Source of the DNA: Scenedesmus sp. PABB004
Taxonomy: Eukaryota
Assembly: GCA_014905635.1 (NCBI GenBank)
Contig: CM026547.1
Coordinates: 3,100,001-3,164,000 of the forward strand
Length of the DNA stretch: 64,000 nt
Direction: 5' to 3'
In this document: positions 1 through 10,936 of the stretch, in pieces
Position numbering within the stretch: the stretch's first letter is position 1
Layout: each line of letters opens with the position of its first letter
Program-made: the position numbers and the translations under genes
Notes under the pieces: model-generated
Databases searched by the model: none
Told to the model about the DNA's origin: nothing
The model's input: the letters and a program-made list of their open reading frames with translations, nothing else

Positions 1-661
1 CTCACGTCGCAGACCGTCAGGCCCGGCGCACTGAAGACGAGCTCGGAGCCGGAGGCCTCTGCGACCTCCTCATTGCAGGCAAACACATACGTGCGCAGGT
101 CGCCGCCCGCGAGCGCGCTGAGCTTGCGCGCGACGCAGCGATCTGAGTGCTGCATGACCTCCGACAGCTTCACGGTGCCGGCGCGGACCTTGGCGAGGTG
201 CGCGTTGAGGTCTGCGGCGCCGCGCAGGGGCGGCGCGCGCGCGTCAGCGCCGTGCTGTGCGCGCCGTGGGGCCGCGCACCGCGCACCGGCCCCGAGCCCA
301 GCTCACCGACGTCGCCGACGGTGATGGTCAGCGAGGCGTCGCTGCTGGCGCGCGCCTTCATCTTGGCGCGGATCTCCAGGATATGCCAGACGCCGCCCTC
401 TGAGCTGAGGCGTGCGGAGACGTGCGCGCCGGCGCCGGCATCGCTGGTCACGCAGCCCGCAGCGTCAGCCCGGGCGACGCCGGAGGGCGCGGAGGCCTGC
501 AGGCTCGCCGCGGGGATGGCGACCCAGCGGCCAGCAAACCACTCGGGCCCGCAGTCGGCGCCAAGCTTCACATCAGGGATCGCCTTCGCCTTCGTCGAGG
601 CGGCCGCCAGCAGCACCAGGAGCAGGGCGCCGCCCGCCGCACGCGCAGAGAGGTGGCTCAT
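1..661 (-). CDS. Hypothetical protein with N-terminal signal-peptide-like segment; 5' part only, runs off the window start
   Basis: ATG at 661: MSHLSARAAGGALLLVLLAAASTKAKAIPDVK (hydrophobic core). GT-AG intron ~306-211, then an open exon DLNAHLAKVRAGTVKLSEVMQ... to position 1. Confidence 0.55.
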
Positions 662-718
662 CGTACTGCGGGCGCAGTGCCGGTGCGGCGAGTGATTGCG
701 GGCCGTGAGTGGGGTCAG

Positions 719-767
719 GCGGCGCGTCACCAGGTGATGCCCGCGGCGCGTCACCAGGATGATGCCC
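719..767. repeat. Tandem duplication of a 24/25-bp unit
   Basis: gcggcgcgtcaccagg(a)tgatgccc occurs at 719-742 and 743-767. Confidence 0.8.
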
Positions 768-1296
768 GCGCCGAGGCCGGGGCCACGCCGGCGCCCCGCC
801 CCCTGCGCGGGCCCGCAACAGCGCGCGGCACCCGTGGAGGACGGCGCCCGCCGTGACAGAGCTCGCACCTGACGCGATCGAGCCAAGTAGGCGGAGGGGG
901 CTCGCTCGACAGGGACGGTGCCGGGGCGGGCAGCCGTGGGTCGCGGTGTTGATGACTCTGCGCTGTGAGCGGGAGCGCAGCAGTCAGTGAGACTGATCGG
1001 ACCGGGCGCGGGGAGCTTTTCAACGCGGGAGCGGGGAAACTCGCGAGACGGCGCAGACGGCGCGACGTGCCGGTGACCCGCGCCGCGCCTGGACCAAACC
1101 CAGCCCGTGCAGGCGTCGCGTGCTCTCCTGCAGTCAAACTATCCGCGACGGTGGCCACGCGGGCGGCGCAGGGGGCGGCGGTGGCGCGGCGGCAGCGTCA
1201 AGTGCCGACGGCGGCACCCGCACAAAAACGGGTGAGCCAGTTTGCCCGGGCTTGGAAGCGGCTCCAGCGCCGCCGCGGGCCCAACGTGATGCCAAA

Positions 1297-1598
1297 CTCC
1301 ATGATCACGCCTGCCTGAGGACCGTGGAGCGCCGCGGTGGGCTGCACGGCCGCCTGCGTCGCAGCGGGCCAGGCCGCGCAGCGCGAAGTTCTTCCTCTAT
1401 GCAGGCCGCCGCCACAGTCATGAGCTGACTGTGCCAGTGACGGGAAGAGGCCACAACCATGGCCGCCACAGCCGCCACGCCGGCACCGCAGCGGCGACGC
1501 ACGATGGGGGGCGGCAGAGGATCTCCATGCTCGCGCCTGCCTGCAGACCGTGGAGCGCCGCGGTGGGCTGCACGGCCGCCTGCGGTGACGGGAAGAGG
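1297..1598. repeat. Dispersed direct repeats: 62 bp x2 and 14 bp x2
   Basis: 1297-1358 vs 1523-1584 differ at 4 of 62 positions; gtgacgggaagagg occurs at 1437-1450 and 1585-1598. Confidence 0.85.
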
Positions 1599-1838
1599 CG
1601 CGCCGTCTGCAGCCGCGCGCGACCGACGGCGGATGCGCGGACGGCGATGCGCGCACGTGTTTACGACGACAGCGCAGCCGGAGGCCCGGCTCACACAACA
1701 ACAGAAAGGGGCGGCGGGCGCGCCCGCCAGCTCGGCGTGCGGCCGTTGTGCTGCAGGCGATCAGGCGCGGCAGGCGGCCGTCCCCACCCACACGCACGCC
1801 CAATGACCAAGGCGCACACACCACGCAGGCCGCGAGGG

Positions 1839-1920
1839 GGGTCAGTCGGGTCAAGTTGGTCGGGTCAAGTCGGGTCCAGTCTGGGTCAGCCGTCGTCCGT
1901 CGGTCAACGAGTCTGGTCAG
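1839..1920. repeat. Cluster of short GGTCA(A/G)-like repeats
   Basis: gggtcagtcgggtcaagttggtcgggtcaagtcgggtccagtctgggtcag...cggtcaacgagtctggtcag. Confidence 0.6.
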
Positions 1921-2085
1921 CGCGGGTGCAAAAGCGGCGCCCCCCGTGCGCCCGCGCCTCAACGGCGCTGCCGGTCTGCAGGGGCGCGCCGCACCGGCGG
2001 TCAATGCAACGTCAGCCTTGCAGTGTGTGCCCCCGGTGCTTGCCCCACAACCTGCTCCAAGCACGCCCCTCCCCCTCTTGCTCCC

Positions 2086-4187
2086 TCAGAACGCCGGGGC
2101 CGACCAGTCGATGGGGGGCGGGGGCGGCGGCGGCACGTCCTCCGCCACCGGCGGCGGCGGCGGCGGCGGCGGCGGCACCTCGGCGGCCTGGCGCCCCGCC
2201 TCCTCGGCCGCCGCAGCCTCGGCCTGGCGCCTCGCCTCCTCTGCCGCCACAGCCGCCTCGGCCTGGCGCCGGGCCTCCTCTGCCGCCGCAGCCGCCTCGG
2301 CCTGGCGCCGGGCCTCCTCTGCCGCCGCAGCCGCCTCGGCCTCGCGCCGGGCGTCCTCTGCCGCCGCAGCCGCCTCGGCCTCGCGCCGGGCGTCCTCTGC
2401 CGCCGCAGCCGCCTCGGCCTGGCGCCTCGCCTCCTCGGCCGCCGCAGCCGCCTCGGCCTCGCGCCGGGCCTCCTCTGCCGCCGCAGCCGCCTCGGCCTCG
2501 CGCCGGGCGTCCTCTGCCGCCGCAGCCGCCTCGGCCTGGCGCCGGGCCTCCTCTGCCGCCGCAGTCGCCTCGGCCTCGCGCCGGGCGTCCTCTGCCGCCG
2601 CAGCCGCCTCGGCCTCGCGCCGGGCCTCCTCTGCCGCTGCAGCCGCCTCAGCCTGGCGCCTCGCCTCCTCCGCTGCAGCCGCCTCAGCCTCGCGCCGGGC
2701 CTCCTCTGCCGCCGCAGCCGCCTCGGCCTCGCGCCGGGCCTCCTCTGCTGCCGCAGCCGCCTCAGCCTCCTCCGCGGCAGCCGCCTCGGCCTCGCGCTGG
2801 GCCTCCTCCGCGGCGGCAGCCGCCGCCTCCTCGACTGCGGGCGCCTCGTCAGCCGCGGCCGCGTCGCCAGCCGCGGGCGCGGGCGCGTCGGCCGCCGGCG
2901 CCTCGTCGGCCGCCGCCTCGTCCGCCCCCTCCTCGCCCGCCGCGTCGTCGGCGGGCGCGCCGGGCAGGGGCTCGCCGGGGTGCTCCAGCGCGAACGCGAG
3001 CGCGCCCTTGACGCTGTCCTTGGGCGTCACGCCGACCTGCACGTCCGCGACGCGCCCGCCCTTCTCCACCACGATGTGGCTGCGCGCGATGGACTTGGCG
3101 CCCTTGGTGAAGCCCAGCCGCGCCAGCACCTGGCCGCGGGCGCCGGCGGGCGGCGGGTGAGCGGCGCGCCCGCGCGCGGGCATGGAGCGCTCGTCACTGC
3201 CAGCAGCCGCGCGCAGCCGCCGGCCCACGCCGCGCGCGCCGCACCTCGTAGGAGGGGTCGCAGAGCAGGCGGAAGCCGAGGCCGTGCTTCGCGCGCCAGC
3301 TGGCCTGCGCGGCGGGCTTGTCGGCGCTGATGCCATACACCTGCGCCCGCGGCGGCGGCGGAGCGGTCGCGCGGCGGCGCGCGCGCGCCGCCGCGCGCCG
3401 GCCAGGGCGCGCGGGCGCCGGCCAGGGCGCGCGGGCGCCGGCCAGGGCGCGCGGGCGCCGCCGCGCGCTGGCCAGGGCGCGCTGCGCGGACCTTGTAGCC
3501 CGCCGCCGCGAGCTCGCCGAGCGCGTCGTTCAGGCCCTTGGCCTGGTTGGTGCAGCCCGGCGTGTTGGCCTTGGGGTAGGCGAACAGCACGATGCCGCAG
3601 TCCTTGACCTGCGGTGCGCGGCGGTTGCACCGGGTCGCGGGCGCGGCGCCGCGCGCGGGCGGCGGTTGCGGCGGGTCGCGGCAGCAGCGGGCGCCCGCGC
3701 GCTGCGCGGCGGCGCGCGCGGCGCGCGGCGGGGCCGGCGCCGGGGCCCGTCGCGCCGCCGGTTGCGGCGCGCCGCGACGAGGTGGGCGGCGCGGCCGGGC
3801 GGCGCCCCCGCGCCCGGGCGCGGCCGGCCTCCACAACGTGCGTTGCCGGCCCCCGCGCGTCGGCGCCGCGCGCCGTGCCGGGCCGGCGCCGCGCCCAGGT
3901 ATGCACTGCCACCGCGCGCACGCGCACGAGGCCCGTCCCGGGCGCCGCGCGGCCGCAGCGGCCCGCGCCCAGTGTCGATGGCACCAGGTCGGCGGAGGCC
4001 AACGCACCAGGTCGGCGGAGGCCACGGCCTCGTCGGCATCGTTGACCACCGTGAACGTCGGCAGGTCATCGCCCACGTCGAGGCCGGCCTTGGCCTTGGC
4101 GGCCTTCGCCTTCTTCTTTGGGGGCGCTGCAGTCTCCGCGATCGCCTCGCTGGCCTTGGCCGCGGCGGCGCGCTTGGGGCGACCCAT
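2086..4187 (-). CDS. BCP/PrxQ (Dot5-like) peroxiredoxin with Lys/Ala-rich N-terminus and long Glu/Ala/Arg repeat C-terminal tail
   Basis: Exons 4187-4008, 3608-3492, 3340-3245, 3129-2086 (GT-AG). Motifs [15 protein letters not shown] (PxxxTxxC), [21 protein letters not shown]. Confidence 0.9.
2185..2830 (-). repeat. Coding minisatellite, ~39-bp unit encoding (E/Q)[12 protein letters not shown]
   Basis: About 15 imperfect copies of gcctcggcctcgcgccgggcctcctctgccgccgcagcc (plus strand) inside the last peroxiredoxin exon. Confidence 0.9.
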
Positions 4188-4498
4188 GGTGGTGTCGCGT
4201 GCGGCGGCGCCGTCGCCGGGAGTGCGGGCGCTGGGGGTGCTCCGGCCGGCAGGGCGGGCAGTCAGATGGTCGCGTGTCAGCGGTGCGCCCAGCCGCGCCG
4301 GCTGCGCGCGGCTGCAGCGCGGTCAGCCACAGCCCCGAGCTTCGCGCCCAGCCGCGCCTGCCGCTGCGCCCCGCCACCGCCCCGCGACAGGCCGCACACA
4401 GGAAGCGCCGCGGCGCGCGGCGCCCACGTTCCCGGGCGCGTTCGTGCTCCGCGGCCCCAGTGCGACGCGCACCGGGCCTGGGGGCGCACAGGGGCGCC

Positions 4499-7065
4499 AT
4501 GATTTCGGCCATCTGCTGGCTCCCCAGGGGCGCGGCCGCGCCCGTGCCCGTGCCGGCGCCCCTGACCGAGGAGGAGCTTGCGGCCATGAAGGAGGCCGCC
4601 GCTCAAGCCGCCGCGGGCGTGCTGGAGGTGCGGCGCGGCGCGCGGGCAGCGGCCGCCGCGGCGGCGGCGCCGCGCGCCGCGCGCCGCGCGGCCGCCGTGC
4701 GGCCCGGCCGGCCGGCGTGGCAGCCGACCGGGGCTCCCGCCGCCCGCCTCCGCGGCGCCGCGCCGCGCAGGGCTCCGACGACGACGGCGGGGACGGCGAG
4801 CCGAGCGACAGCAGCAGCGGCTGGGAGACGGACGACGACGGCGCCGGCGGCGAGGGCATGGACGTGGACGCGGCGGTCGCGCGCGCGCGCGCCGCGGCGG
4901 CGGCCATCGCCTCCAGCAGCGGCCGCCGCGAGCCGCGCGGCGGCGGCGCCAATGGCGCCGCCAAGGTGCGCCGCCGCGCGGCCGCCGCGCGGCCGGCGCG
5001 GCCGCCGCGCCGCGCCCCGCGAGCGGGCCGCGCCGCGCCCGCCGCGGCCGCGCGCAGGCTGCCGGCGGGCTGGAGGCGGCGCTCGCTGAGCTGGACATGG
5101 AGCACTATGACGACTCGGACGACGAGGCGCTGGGCGGGCTCGACCCGGACGGCCCCGCCGCCGCCGCGGTCGTCGCGCGCGCGCTCGGCGGGCGCAGCGC
5201 GGGCGTGGTGCTGGACGACCCGTACATGGACCGCGGCGGCGGCGACAGCAGCGACGAGGGCGGCGGCAGCGACGACATGGACAGCGAGGAGCGTGATGAC
5301 TACACGCTGCGCGGCAGCGACCTGCTGCTGCTCGCGGCGCGCAGCGAGGACGACGTGAGCACGATCGAGGTGTGGGTCTACGAGGAGGCCGGCGACAGCA
5401 CGGGTGCGCGCCGCGGCGGCGCGCGCCCGCCGCAGCGCGGCCGCCGGCCGCCCCGCCGCCGCCCAACACCGCGCCGCCGCGCGTTCGCCCCGCCCTCGCC
5501 CACGCCCGCACGCACGCCCACGGCCGCGCTCACGCCCGCACGCACACCCGCGCCCACGCCCGCGCGCGCCCGCGCCCAGGCGGCGAGGCCAACATCTACG
5601 TCCACCACGACATCATGCTCCCAGCGCTGCCGCTCTGCCTCGCCTGGATGGACGTGCGCCCGGGCGGCGCGGCCGGGCGCGCCAACGTCGTCGCCGTGGG
5701 CAGCATGGACCCCGGCATCGAGCTGTGGGACCTCGACGTCGCGGACGCGGTCGAGCCGGCGGCCACGCTCGGCGGGCCCGCGCGCGGCGGCGGCGCGGGC
5801 GGCGGCGGCGCGGGCGCCGCGGACGGCGGCGGCGGCGGCGGCAAGGGCGCCAAGAAGAAGGCCAAGGCCAAGGCCAAGGCCAAGGCGGCCGCGGCGGCGG
5901 CGGCGCTCGCGCCCGACAGCCACGAGGGCGCGGTGCTGGGGCTGGCCTGGAACGCGGAGTTCCGCAACGTCCTGGCCAGCGGCGGCGCCGACGGCACGGT
6001 CAAGGTCTGGGACGTCGCGGCGACGGCGTGCGAGCACACGCTGAGGCACCACAGCGACAAGGTGCAGGCGGTCGCGTGGAACCCCGCGGAGGCGCCGGTG
6101 CTGCTGAGCGGCAGCTTCGACCGCACCGCGTGCCTGGTGAGGCGGCGGCGGCGCCGGCGGCGGCCGCCCGAGCGCGCGCCGCCGGTGCCGGCGGCGCGCC
6201 GCGTGCCTGCGCGCGCGCGGCGCGCCGACGCCCCGCCCCGCCCCGCGCCCGGCAGGCCGACGTGCGCACGCCGGCGGGCGCGGCGCTGAGCTGGCGTGTG
6301 TCGTCCGACGTCGAGGCGCTCGCCTGGAACCCCGGCAGCCCCACCTGCTTCCTGGTGTCGGGCGAGGACGGCCTCGTGGCCGCGTTTGACGCGCGCGGGG
6401 GCGCAGGTGCGCTGGGGGGCCGCGGCGGCAGCGGCGGGCGGCGGCGGCAGCGGCGGGCGGCGGCGGCAGCGGCGGGCGACGGCAGCGAGCGGCGGCAGCG
6501 CCGGCAGCGGCGGGCGGCAGCGCGCGGCGCCAAACTATCCACGCGCTGGCCTGCCCCGTGGCGCCCGTGGCTGACGGTCGCCGGACAGCGAGGCTGCGGC
6601 ATTTTATCTGCGTCGCCGCTCGCGCCCAGAGCGGCGGGGTTATAAGCCCGCGCGACACGCGGCCGCGTGCGCCTCGCCGGCCGCGCCGCTCACGCCGCCG
6701 CGCGCCGCTCGCTGCCCATCGCAGGCAGCAAGCCGCTGTTCCGGCTCGCAGCGCACAACAAGCCAGCGTGCGCGCTCAGCTTCTGCCCCGGCGCGCCCGG
6801 GCTGCTGGCGACGGCGTCGACCGACAAGGCCGCCAAGCTCTGGGACGTGTCCGACGGCGCGCCCAAGCTGCTGGCCAGCAAGGAGCCCAAGCTCGGCGCG
6901 CTCTTCGCGGCGGGCTTCTGCCCGGAGGTGCCCCACCTGCTCGCGATGGCGGGCGCCAAGGGCGCGGTCGGGGTGTGGGACGTGCGCGCGGTGGGCGAGG
7001 TCGCGCGGCGCTACCCCGGGCTGCTGGCCGACGTGGTGCAGCCGCCGGTACATGGCAGCGAGTGA
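4499..7065 (+). CDS. PWP1: Periodic tryptophan protein 1 (WD40 ribosome-biogenesis factor)
   Basis: MISAICWLPRG N-terminus, acidic region, IEVWVYEE, YVHHDIMLPALPLCLAWMD, and WD repeats (HEGAVLGLAWN...VKVWD; HSDKVQAVAWNP). Multi-exon, stop 7063-7065. Divergent from the peroxiredoxin gene by ~310 bp. Confidence 0.93.
6543..6660 (+). ncRNA. Putative intronic box H/ACA snoRNA (predicted 18S rRNA pseudouridylation guide)
   Basis: Lies in PWP1 intron 6407-6724. Upper stem 6610-6621/6629-6640, flanked by pocket strands TTTTATCT (6602-6609) and TATA (6641-6644). ACA box at 6655-6657 is exactly 14 nt from the upper stem. 5' boundary and H box are uncertain. Confidence 0.7.
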
Positions 7066-7253
7066 GCTCTGTGTGCGCGCGCGCGCCGCGCGCGCCCGCA
7101 ACCGCGGCGGTTGTGCCGCCGCCGCAACCCTCGTCGCGACTCGCGGCCCCTCGCCGCCAGCCTCCCCCCCCCCCCCGCTGCAGGGCTCAGGCCAGGTCAG
7201 GCCACGCCGCTGGCGAGACGCACGGTCGCCTCCTAGACCTAGACCGCCTGACG

Positions 7254-8856
7254 ATGCAGCAGCTCGCAGCAGCGCGCGCTCAGGCGGGCGCGGGGGGCCG
7301 CGGGGTCGCTCCGTCAGCCTGCCCCATCATCACAGCACGCAGACCCGTGCGGCGGGCGCCGGGCCCACGCGTGTGCCGTGCGGGCGGGCGCGATGGCGGG
7401 CCTCGCGCTGACAACGGCTCGCCGAGCGCGGACAGCGCTCTCCACGCGGCCACGCGGCGGCTGCAGCAGCTGCTGGACGACGCGGCGCTGAGGTGCGGAG
7501 GAACGGTGTGATCGTGGCGCCGCCCGACGCGGGGCGCGTCGCCGCCCGCGACGCCGCCGCCGCGCCGCGGTGGAGCCGCCCCGTGCCGCCGGCCAGGCAG
7601 TGCCTCAGCTTGGGTTACCCGCACGCCGCTGCCTGCGCGCGCGCCAGCAACAAGGACACGGTGCCGATCGACTTCCTCGATGCCTGCACGCCCGAGGAGC
7701 GGCTGACGCTGTTCACCAACCTGGGCACCCTCGGCTCGATGCTTGCCCTGCTCGTGTGCCTCACCATGGGCGACTACGACCCGCTGCGCCTCTCCGGCGC
7801 CACGCTGGACGCGGCCCTCGCTGGCGCTGCAGCCGCGACGCCGCTGGTCGCGTGCAGCGTCGTCGCGCGCAGCCGCGCCGCGCGGCGCGCGTTCCCGGTG
7901 CTGGAGGAGTTCCACGACATCCAGCACGACATGCTGCGCCACGTCACCGCCGGTGCGGCGGCGCGCGGCGTGGCAGCGGGGCGCGGCGGCGGCGCACGCG
8001 AGAGCCCGCCCCGGCGCCCGCCGCCGCGCCGCAGGCATGAACGGCGTGCAGCGGGGCATCCTCATCTGCTTCACCGTCGCGCCCGCGCTGCTGCTGCTGC
8101 TGCCGGCGGGCAGCGCCGTGCTGTCGTGGGCGGGGCTGTTCCTGCAGACGGCGCTTTTCACGCCGCCGCCTTTCAGCGGCGCGCTGCATCTCAAGCCCGC
8201 GCACGTCGGCCCGCTCGTCGCGGTCGTGCTGCCGCTCGTGTCCGGCTACGCCGCAGGCGCGCGCGGGGCGTGCGCGCGCGCGGCGGCACGGCGGCGTCGC
8301 GGCGCGGCGCGGCGCCCGCGCCCACCACGCCCACCACGCCCGCGCCCGCGCGCGCGCAGGCATGGCCGCGGCGAGCTGCTTTGCCGTGCGGCCCAACCAG
8401 GTCGCGGCGGTGCGCGACGCGGTGCGCAACGCGGACGGCTTCTTCCGCCTCACGCGCGCCGCGACGCCCGCGACGCCGCGCCGCCCGCCGCGCCGCCGCC
8501 CGCCGCCGGGCGCGGCGGCCGGCCCGCCCGCGGTGTTCGCGAGCACGAGCGCCCTCGCGGGCGGCGCGCTCGGCGCGCGGGATGGCGACGACGACGGCGG
8601 GCACGCGAGCGAGCGCGGCGGCGGCGGCGGCGACGGCGCCGAGGCGGCGGCCGCGTTCCGCACGGTCGCGCTGGTCTGGCTGCTCACGCGGCGGCGCGTG
8701 GCGCGGCTTTGCTACGTGCTGACCTGCCTGGACGTCGCCTACCTCGCAGTCATCATGACCGCCACGGGCTCCCTCGCCACGCCGGCGGCCGCGGCGCTGC
8801 TGCACGCCGCCGCCGAGTGCGGGCTCGGCGAGTGGCGCGGCCGGCGCGGCCAGTGA
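7254..8856 (+). CDS. Putative plastid-targeted multi-pass membrane protein (distantly CPBP/CAAX-protease-like)
   Basis: Transit-peptide-like MQQLAAARAQAG...VCRA, several hydrophobic helices, GMNGVQRGILICF segment; 4 exons, stop 8854-8856. Family call is tentative: no EExxxR motif seen. Confidence 0.6.
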
Positions 8857-9549
8857 GGCGGGCCTGCTGCGGGAGGGGGCGGGGGCGGGCAGGGCGGGTG
8901 TGGAGGGGGGGGGGGTGCTCGCGACCGCCGGCTGCGCCGCCGCGAGGCGGCGGCACTGCGTCGCTTGCTTCGGCAGCGCCGCCGCGGCGCGCGCCGGCAT
9001 GCGCGTCTGCCGCCGCGGGGCGCTGACCGATCGGCTGCACTGCACTCACTGTACAACGCTTGTACCACCACCACCGTGTATCAACAGCGACCCCTCATCG
9101 CACCCCATTGTGCGTGTGTGTTGCGCCGTGGGCGGTGGCGCTGAACGACGAGACGGGCGGGCGGCGCTGCCAGCAGAATGCGCATGACCGCGCGCGCCGC
9201 GCCGACAGTCCCGCCCGGCGCGACCTCTGTGCGCAGGCGGCGGCGGCGGCGGCGGCGCGGAGGGAGGCCTCGCGGGAGACCTTGGGGGTAACGCGAGCGC
9301 CGGCGTCTCTGTTTACACTGGCGGCGACACAGCCACAGGGCCGCGCGCACCTAGCTCTCTCCCCCTTCCCTCGGCCGATCGCCAGTGCCTCAGCGTGTTG
9401 GTTGGTGTCGCGACGGCTCTGCAGGTGTGTTGTTGTGCGTTGAAGGGCATGCCGCTACTCACACAAACGTCAACGTCTCTACAGCATGGCAGCGGCGTGA
9501 ACGCCGTGCCATCGCCGCCGGCGCGGCCCCCCTCCCGTGTGCGAGCCGC

Positions 9550-9590
9550 GGCCAATGCGCGCCGATGGGGGCGCGCATTGGCCTTATAAA
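9550..9590. promoter_or_regulatory. Perfect 14-bp inverted repeat carrying inverted CCAAT boxes, abutting TTATAAA
   Basis: ggccaatgcgcgcc (9550-9563), 6-nt spacer, ggcgcgcattggcc (9570-9583), then ttataaa (9584-9590). Confidence 0.4.
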
Positions 9591-10409
9591 GTGGTGGAGG
9601 GGCAGCATATGCACGGGCGGCGGCGGGCAGCAGGTGCGCCGCCGCCGCCCAGCCCCGCCGCTCCCCCCGGGGTGGCGCAGCACAGGCCCCGCCACCCTCT
9701 GCCCCTGCGCGCGCTGCAGCACGCGCCGCCCAGCCGCTGTTCGCCTGCCGCCGCCCGCCGCGCCGCGCCCGCGGGGGCGCGCACGCGGCGTTGCCGAGGC
9801 TCACTTTGCGGGCGCGTGCGTGCCATGCAGATGCAGAGCTCATGTCCGTGCTGTCCCATGGCGTGCCAGGGGGCCAGTGAGCGCAGTCCCGTCCGCCGGC
9901 AGTTGGGCACCGGGGGATCGCTTGCGCCGCTCGCCACAAGAGGAAGACATCCGGCGCCCGCCCCTCGCGCCCGCACCTACCCCACCCGCCCTCGCCCCTT
10001 CTTCCGCAGCCGGGCCGGCCCGAGAGCTGCTCGGGCCCGCGCCACACACGCCGGCGGCGCCGGGGACGGCACCCCGGCGCCTGCTGCACACGGGGGCGGC
10101 GGCGGCAGCACTCGCCGCCGCCGCCCGTGCAGGCCGGCATCAACCTTTTTTCTTCGCCCGCGTTCCGAGCCAGTCCACGGGAGCGCGGCTGTTTATGGGG
10201 TCGCATGGAAAGCCATGCGTGCAAGTCAACTGTCAGCAAAGTGCAGGCCGCGCGCGCGGGCGCACGGGCCTGGGATGGATCCGCCGCCCAACGCGCAAAC
10301 GGCGTCGGCGGTACTAGGTTTGTGGCATTGCGGGCGCTCACGGCGGCCAGTCCGTCAACGCGCCCAGCGCCCCCAGGCAGCCCCCCCCCCACACACACAC
10401 ACTCGTCGC

Positions 10410-10898
10410 TCACACCAGCCCGCCGCCCGCCTGGAGCTGCGCGAGCTCGCCCGCGATGGCCTGCCGCAGCTGCAGGTTGGGCGTGAGCCGCCCGCTGCTG
10501 AGCGGCTGGCCCGTGGCGGGCGAGACGTCGCGCAGGCGCAGCCAGTCGACGATGGCGGCGCGGTCGTACGTGACACCGTCGTCCGCCAGCGTGACCGGGT
10601 CCGACATCAGCGCGTTGCTCAGCGGACACACAAAGTGCGCCGGCCAGCGCCGGCCGCGCCAGCCGCCCGCCGGCGGCGCCGGCCCGGCGCCAAAGCCGGG
10701 CTGGCGCGCGGGCGGCGTGGACGCGCCGCCCAGGTCGCCAAACGCGCTCGCGACGGCCGCGGCCACCGCGTCGCGCGCGCCGGTGCCGCTGGCGGGGCCG
10801 ATGGGCCCCAGGCCGCCCAAGCCCAGGCCGCCGCCGCTGCTGCTGCCGCGGTAGCCGCGCACGTCGCGCGCGCCGCCATAGTCCAGGCTGCCGCGCGG

Positions 10899-10936
<38 letters not shown>

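Noticed and set aside
2185..2830. Regular ~39-bp repeat array as a possible CRISPR
   Set aside because: Units are contiguous with no unique spacers and lie in frame in a coding exon; no cas genes.
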